Assembly: GCF_006345805.1 (NCBI RefSeq)
Contig: NC_043023.1
Location: forward strand, 14,260,001-14,324,000
Direction of reading: 5' to 3'
DNA: 64,000 nucleotides
Source: Octopus sinensis
Taxonomy: Eukaryota
Under the pieces are notes generated by a model that saw only the letters and a list, made by a program, of their open reading frames with translations, was not told where the DNA came from and made no database searches. A program made the position numbers and the translations under genes. The first letter of the stretch is position 1. Every line of letters starts with the position of its first letter. This document shows, one piece after another, positions 54,974 to 64,000 of the stretch.

Positions 54974-55416
54974 CAACATGTGGAACTGTTAATCCACATG
55001 TTTTTTTTTCTCTCTCTCGTATTATTTTCTCTCCTCATTCCTTTCTGAAGAGGAGCATCGGCTTGAAACATCAAAAATTCTTCCATTTTTCTCAGTCTTA
55101 AACTAATACACCCTATTTGTTGTTCCTTGACCTATCTCTGTCATTTGCTTTTTATACAATTTTGAACAGCAGGCACAGGAGTCACTGTGTGGTAAGAAGA
55201 TTGTTTCCCAACCACATGGTACTGGGTTCAGTCCCACTGCATGGCACCATGGGCTGACCATATTCTTGTGAGTGGATATGGTAGATGGAAACTGAACAAA
55301 GAAGATTGTGTATGTGTGTGTGTGTGTATGTATGTATATATATATATATATCACCTCAGACGTATCACCTCAGTGGTCAAGCTATTGTCACCCTGCTTGG
55401 TGGGTTTCCCCACACG

Positions 55417-56165
55417 ATACAGCTATGGGTCAGACCCGATTCTGATTGGTCAAAACATTGATGACGTCTCGTTCTGCTGGACTAGCCACCTAACTGGATG
55501 ATTGTTCAAAACATTGATGACGTCTCGTTCCGCTGGACTAGCCACCTAACAGGATACAGTCATGGGTCAGATCTAATACAGCTATGGGTCAGACCCAATT
55601 CTGATTGGTCAAAACATTGATGACGTCTCGTTCTGCTGGACTAGCCACCTAACTGGATGATTGCTCAAAACATTGATGACGTCTCGTTCCGCTGGACTAG
55701 CCACCTAACAGGATACTGTCATGGGTCAGATCTAATACAGCTATGGGTCAGACCCAATTCTGATTGGTCAAAACATTGATGACGTCTCGTTCTGCTGGAC
55801 TAGCCACCTAACAGGATGATTGTTCAAAACATTGATGACGTCTCGTTCCGCTGGACTAGCCACCTAACAGGAGACAGTCATGGGTCAGATCTAATACAGC
55901 TATGGGTCAGACCCGATTCTGATTGGTCAAAACATTGATGACGTCTCGTTCTGCTGGACTAGCCACCTAACAGGATGATTGGTCAAAACATTGATGACGT
56001 CTCGTTCTGCTGGACTAGCCACCTAACAGGATGATTGGTCAAAACATTGATGACGTCTCGTTCTGCTGGACTAGCCACCTAACAGGATGATTGGTCAAAA
56101 CATTGATGACGTCTTGTTCCGCTGGACTAGCCACCTAACAGGATACAGCCATGGGTCAGATCTAA
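55417..56165. repeat. Higher-order tandem array: 56-bp monomer x10 in a 159-bp superstructure
   Basis: Monomer TGATTGGTCAAAACATTGATGACGTCTCGTTCYGCTGGACTAGCCACCTAACAGGA, grouped 2-2-2-4 and separated by a 47-bp linker. Confidence 0.95.
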
Positions 56166-56555
56166 TTTTGATTCGCCAAAAAAATGATGACGTATTTCTT
56201 CCGTGGCCAAACTGTCGTTCCACTTGGTTGGTTTCCTAACAGGATATATTTGTTGAGACTGGGTTTTGATTGGTTTGGAACTATATGACGTCAGTGAAAA
56301 ATGCAAGTGACCACAGCTAAGCTGAGCTGATATAAACCCAACAATCACAAAATTCACCAAAATTATACGAACAGACACCAACCAAAAATCATTACTGTTG
56401 CTCCCATTGGAACACAAGGTAAAATCTAAAATGAACTCCTCGCTTTTTCAAGAACATGAATTTTTTATACTCTATTGAATGTATGTCACAATTATGAACT
56501 ACAACACCATACTCTTTAAAACATATAGCATGAACTCTCTTTATTATATATAATT

Positions 56556-56600
56556 TTTTTTGATAAGGTTCATCATTTCAAGAACCGAAACATGTTAAAA
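56556..56600 (+). ncRNA. Type-I hammerhead-like motif, U3-A8 core variant
   Basis: TTTT-TTGATAA-GGTTC-atcatttcaa-GAACC-GAAA-CATG-TT-AAAA: perfect stem II, palindromic stem III ACATGT, GUU triplet. Stem I is weak (A-U only). Confidence 0.55.
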
Positions 56601-56654
56601 AATAAAAATTAAAATTTGTCTAATATAGCAGCATTTTCAAACTTCATTTTTTAC

Positions 56655-57812
<1,158 letters not shown>

Positions 57813-57860
57813 TTGATAGATAGATAAGGCATGGCGCATGGTAAGAAGTTTGCTTCCCAA

Positions 57861-57931
<71 letters not shown>

Positions 57932-58259
57932 CACATATATATATGTAGGTATATATGTGTGTATTTGTGTGTCTGTGTTTGTCCCCTTTCCATCGCCTGA
58001 CAACCGATGTTGGCAAAAAAGGTCGATAAAATAAGTACTAGGATTTCAAAGAATAAGTCCTGGGACCGATTCATTTGACTGAATGTGGTGCTCCAGCATG
58101 ACCACAGTCAAATGACTGAAACAAGTAAAAGAGTGTATATATCTATCTATCTATATATATATATGTATATATATATGTGTATATATATATATGTGTGTGT
58201 GTGTATATATATACATATGTATGTATATCCGTATATATGTATACGTATATATGTATGTA

Positions 58260-58320
<61 letters not shown>

Positions 58321-58723
58321 ATAGATAAGGCATGGCTGCTTCCCAACTATATGGTACTGGGTTCAGTCCCACTGTGTGTCACCTTGGCCAAGTATCTTCT
58401 ACTATACCCTCGGACCACTCAAAGCCTTTTGAATGGATTTTGTAGATGGAAACTGAAAGAACCTCATCACATATATATATGTGTATGTGTGTGTGTGTGT
58501 GTGTGTGTATGTTCTGCACCATCACTTGACAATTGGTGATGGTGTATTTACATCCCTGTAACTTGAGAGTTTGACAAAAGTATCTGATGGAATAAGTACC
58601 AGGCCTTTTAAAAATCAGTATTGGGTCAACTCAATCAACTTTCTTCAATTCTAGTTAGTGCCCCCACCCCACCGCCAGCATTGGCTGCAGTCTAATGACT
58701 AAAGCAAGTAAAATATAAAAGAC

Positions 58724-58780
<57 letters not shown>

Positions 58781-58781
58781 C

Positions 58782-58814
<33 letters not shown>

Positions 58815-58925
58815 ACATATACATACATATAACATATACATACATATACATATACATGTACATATATATATATATATACGTGCATATACATATATATATA
58901 TATGTACATATACATGCATATACAT

Positions 58926-58984
<59 letters not shown>

Positions 58985-58995
58985 TATATGTACAT

Positions 58996-59029
<34 letters not shown>

Positions 59030-59973
59030 GTACATATACATATGTACATATACATATGTACATATATATATACATATACATACATATACATATATACATA
59101 CATATACATATATACATACATATACATATATATATATATATATACTGAACAATGACAGTGAGTGCTCAACACTGCAAAAGTGAGTAAAATTCTTTGTGTA
59201 TTCAGACTACCATCAGTTTCATGTTGAGGGGCACTTCAATGATTATTCAAGCCTGTCACATGGAAATGTTGGTGTTCATCTCCATACGAGAAAAGAAAAC
59301 TGATGCTTCCATGTGACAGGCTTGATAATTGTATAGGTATCTCCTAGCATGAAACCAATGGTAGCCTTAATATATATATATATATATATATAAACACACA
59401 CACACACACTTTTGGTCACTTATTGTCTGTAATTTTGTATTTTAATTCAACAGTACAGAAAAATGTACTTCTCAGGCTAAAATTGATTATTTACGAATAT
59501 GAAAAAAGGTAGCTTTTGTCTGCTAGAATGTAAAGTAAACTTTAGAGATGTGTTTTATGAAAAAATATAATAGTGTGCTTGATAGCGAGAAATATAGTAT
59601 TGCATTGTTGTCTCCCTTGGAGAAATCCCCACTGTCTTTAAAATAGGGATCACATGAGCCAGGAGGGAACGGCTTCTTTTGTAATCATATAACAATAGTA
59701 AAACATGTAATAATAATAATAATAACAAAATAATAATAATCCTTTCTACTAAAGGCACAAGGCCTCAGATTTTTGTGGAAGGGGACTAGATGATAACATC
59801 GACCCCAGTGCATAACTGGTACTTAATTTATTGACCCAAAAAGGATCAAAGGCAAAGTGGACCTTGGTGGAATTTGAACTCAGAACATGAAAGATAGACG
59901 AAATACTGCTTCGCATTTTGCCCAGTGTGCTAAACAATTCTGCCAGCTCACTGCCTTAATAATGATGATGATC

Positions 59974-60008
<35 letters not shown>

Positions 60009-60015
60009 CAATGCC

Positions 60016-60570
60016 CTGATGCAGTACCAGGCAGTGGCTCTCATGGCTTCTCATCTTAACTGCTTGGAAGTGTTATCATGTCCATTGTTTTGTCTTGGTA
60101 TAAAAGATGGGCTACAGCAAATATTCTGCCCAATACCACAGATTTGTTTGTCAGTTGTTTGACCTTAACCAGTTGACCTTGTCCTTTAGTGACTGACGGT
60201 ATGTGCATCTCTGATCACAAGCAGAAGTAGTGGGGGAGCATCATAGCCATGTGTTGAGAGGGATTCTTTAGGGTTTGAATAATTCACCTCTGGAAACATG
60301 GGTGTTTCATTCAACATCCTTAAACAATCCTTATTCAGGGACCTTTTGAGCAGGAGGATGGGCTTCTCAACCAGAAGAAAATACTAACTGGGCCCCACCT
60401 GCTAGGTCATGCGGTTTGTCTTGATATGAGATCACCATGTCTCACACATATGGTTGTGATGCATGTGCCTGGTTTACCTTTATCAGACGGGTAGCCATGA
60501 TGGGTATACTGGGCTTCGCATATTTTACCCTACTGTCATTTTGATGGCATGCACTGCTCTCTCACTCAAT
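60016..60570. mobile_element. Interspersed repeat flanked by (TAA)n; second, internally deleted copy at about 62916-63355
   Basis: gatgcagtaccaggcagtgg...ctgctctctcactcaat occurs twice. Class not determined. Confidence 0.7.
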
Positions 60571-60571
60571 C

Positions 60572-60610
<39 letters not shown>

Positions 60611-63352
60611 TCTGTATAGCTTCTGGAGGAGTTACCTCTGACCTATATAATCTTAACAAACTATGAAGTAGACCGACATGTAATTTTTGGACCCGTGGAA
60701 AGCACGCTAGATACCGAAATATCGTTCAACCAATTTCACATGATAACTATGGCACTCTTCTATTTTTTTATTTCTTAATAATAATAATAATAATAATAAT
60801 TCTTTCTACTAGAAGCACAAGGCCTCAAATTAGTTGATTACATCGACCCCAGTACTCAACTGGTACTTATTTAATCGATCCTGAAAGGATGAAAGGCAAA
60901 GTTGACCCTGGTGGAATTTGAACTCAGAACATAGCGGCAGATGAAATACCGCTAAGCAGTTTTACCCAGCATGCTAACAATTCTGCCAGCTCGCCACCTT
61001 AATAATAATCATGTTAATAATGGCTTCAAATTTTGGAATAAGGCTAGCAAGTTCAAGGGAGCGTGTAAGCCAGTTATATCAACCCCAGTGCTCAAGTGGT
61101 ACTTATTTTTATCAATCCCGAAAGGATGAAAGGCAAAGTTGACCTCGGCGGAATTTGAACTTAGAATGTGAAGACAGATGAAGTGGCCCAAGCATATTGC
61201 CCAGCATGCTAATAATTCTGCCAGTTTGCCACCTTTAACCCTTTCATTACCAACCTGGCTGAAACCACCTTTGGCTCTGAATACAAACATCTTGTTTTCA
61301 TAAGTTTTGAATTAAAATCTTCCACCAAATCTTAGTCACAATTTATATTCCTAACACTAACTTAATGATAACTAAGTTATTTTACTAAATTCTTTGTTTC
61401 ATTTAAAATTGATTGAAAGAAACACAGAGCATCTTGACAGAATATGGTAACAAAAGGCTTAAAATATACAATAGAGAAACAATTCTTAACCCTTTTGATA
61501 CCAACCCAGCTGAAGCTACCTCTGGCTTTGCAGTACAAATATCTTGTTTTCATAAGTTTTGAATTAAAATCTTCCACCAAACCTTAGTCACAATTTATGT
61601 TCCTAACACTAGCTGAATGATAACTAAGTTATTTTACTAAATTCTTAATTATATTTAAAATTAATTGAAAGAAACACAGAGCATCTCAAAATAAATACAG
61701 TAACGAAAGGGTTAATAACAATAATTTTGGCACAAGGCCAGTAATTTGGGGAGAAGGGGAGAGTAGATTACATCGACCCCAGTGCTCAACTGGTACTTAT
61801 TTTATCAACCCTGAAGGATGAAAGGCAAAGACAACCTCAGTGAAATTTGAACCCAGAACATGTTGATGGACAAAATGTCCCTAAGCATTTTATCTGGTGT
61901 GCTAACAATTCTGTCAGCAAGACACCCCAGCTTCAATTATTATTGGTTTCAAATTCTAACAGAAGACCAGTAATTTTAAGGGACGGGTTAAGTCAGTAAC
62001 ACAAAGCCCCAGTTTTGAAGTGGCATTTTATTTTATCAGCCCTGGAAGGACGATGGGCATAGTCAACCTCTGTAGCATTTGAACTTAGAATGTAAAGCTT
62101 TGGAAGAAATGCCAAAAAAAGCATTTACTTTGGTGCAGTAAGAACAGGTTCTAATATTCGCAGAGGGCCAAGGATTTTGGAAGGAACAAAGAGGAGAACC
62201 ATTGATTGTATGAAACTCAACACATGGCTAGCACCATATTTATTGAGCCCAGGGAGATGAAAGGCAAAGTTGACCTTGGCAGCGTTTTGAACATGGAACT
62301 TTAACAAATGTAACCTAATACTGCAAGGTATTTTGTGCGTCATTCTACAAATGCTACCAAATCCATTGACCTGACATCATCATCATCATCATTTAACGTC
62401 CACTTTCCATGCTGGCATGGGTTGGATGATTTGACTGAGGACTGGAGAACCAGAAGGCTGCACCAGGCTCCAGTCTGATTTGGCAGAGTTTCTACAGCTG
62501 GATGCTCTTCCTAACGCCAACCACTCCGAGAGTGTAGTGGGTGCTTTTACGTGCCACCGGCATGAGGGCCAGTCAGGTGGCACTGGCAATGGCCACGCCC
62601 AAATGGTGCTTTTTATGTGCCACCTACACAGGAGCCAGTCCAGTGGCATTGGCAACGACCTCACACAATGTTTCATGGGCCGCCAGGACAAGAGCTGGTA
62701 AGGCGACGCAGTAAGGATCACGCTCGAGTGGTATTCTTAATGTGCCATTGGCACAAAGGCCAGCTTGTTGCTCTGGCAACGATCTCACTCGTATGGTACT
62801 CTTAGCACTCCACTAGCAACGGATGCCAGTCACCGAATTTGATTTCGACTTCGATTTCACTTGCCTCAACTGGTCTTCGCAAGCAGAGTTGGTAATAATA
62901 ATAATAATAATAATAGATGCAGTACCAGGCAGTGGTTCACATGGCTTCTGATCTTAACTGATTGGAAGTGTTATCATGTACATTGTTTTGTCTTGGTATA
63001 AAAGATGGCCTACAGCAAATATTCTGCTCAATACCACAGATTTGCTTGTCAGTTGTTTGACCGTAACCAGTTGAGCATGTCCCTTAGGTGGTTCGTTCAA
63101 CATCCTTAAACAACCCTTATTCAGGGGCCTTTTGAGTGGGATGGGTTACTCGACCAGAAGAAAATTCTAACTGGACCCAACCTGCAAGGTCATGCGCTGT
63201 TTATCTTGATATGAGATCACCATGTCGCGCACATATGGTTGTGATGCATGTGCCTGGTGTACCCTTATCAGACGGGTAGTCATGATGGGTATACTGGGCT
63301 TTGTATATTTTACCCCAGTGTCACTTTGATGGCATGAACTGCTCTCTCACTC

Positions 63353-63383
<31 letters not shown>

Positions 63384-63709
63384 TTAATAATAATGATTTT
63401 AAATTTTGGCACAAGGCCTGCAATTCTGGTGGAGAGAGCACGAGAATTACATCGACCCCATTACTCCACTGGTTCTTATTTTATTGACCTCAAAAGGACA
63501 AAAGGTTAAGTTACCCTAGGTAGAGTTTGAACTCACAATGTAAAGACAAAGCTAATGATTCTGTCAGCTTTTCCCCTTAATAATCCTATTTACTTTAGGC
63601 ACAAGGCCTGAAATTTTGGGGAGGGGGACTAGTTGATTACATTGACCCCAGTGGTTCACTGGTACTTAATTTATCGACCCCCGGAAGTTGACCATGCCGT
63701 TTGCCTTCG

Positions 63710-63750
<41 letters not shown>

Positions 63751-63793
63751 TAATAATAATAATAATAATATTAATAATAATAATAATAATAAC

Positions 63794-63858
<65 letters not shown>
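63710..63858. repeat. (TAA)n microsatellite
   Basis: Directly visible; source of the poly-Leu/Ile pseudo-ORF. Confidence 0.98.
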
Positions 63859-63861
<3 letters not shown>

Positions 63862-64000
63862 TACTATGTAATCTCTGGGTTTAAAACAAACATAATTTTT
63901 GTTTTTTTTTTTTTGGACATTCACTGGTACAACAGCCCCCCCAAAAAAACAAATTTATGGCACACTAGGCATAACAACAACATAAACTTCCAACCTGTTG

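Noticed and set aside
55042-55075. Minimal hammerhead TTT-CTGAAGA-G-GAGC-ATCG-GCTT-GAAA-CA-TC-AAA
   Set aside because: Probably a real relic, but stem III is not palindromic (CA where CG is expected) and stem I is weak; not called functional.
55417-56165. CRISPR-like appearance of the array
   Set aside because: The linkers are repeated rather than unique, there are no cas genes, and the context is eukaryotic.

Overview
Eukaryotic, AT-rich and repeat-dense DNA. The (TA)n/(CA)n/(TAA)n microsatellites, tRNA-derived SINEs and RTE/CR1 LINE fragments look like an octopus (coleoid cephalopod) genome; that attribution is my inference. Nearly all ORFs in the track are microsatellite or repeat artefacts. 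The one host gene I can support is the 5' part of RBBP6 on the minus strand. It has a GC-rich leader, two DWNN-domain exons (36862-37030, 21212-21308), a 31-nt exon (19755-19785), a 17-nt microexon (18848-18864) and a probable alternative last exon at 17375, giving a 106-aa DWNN-only isoform. I saw no zinc-knuckle or RING exons. The most unusual signal is a set of minimal type-I hammerhead ribozyme motifs. Three intact-looking copies show three different Watson-Crick versions of the core 3-8 pair: C-G at 101-169, G-C at 3693-3742 and U-A at 56556-56600. Each has a palindromic stem III, as in Penelope-associated hammerheads. One of them ends a 1.3-kb element built on a higher-order CCAAT/CRE tandem array. 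Also present are foldback elements, hAT and piggyBac-like MITEs, a Helitron-like element, and LINE/SINE pairs with shared 3' ends. Repeat boundaries were read by eye and are approximate.
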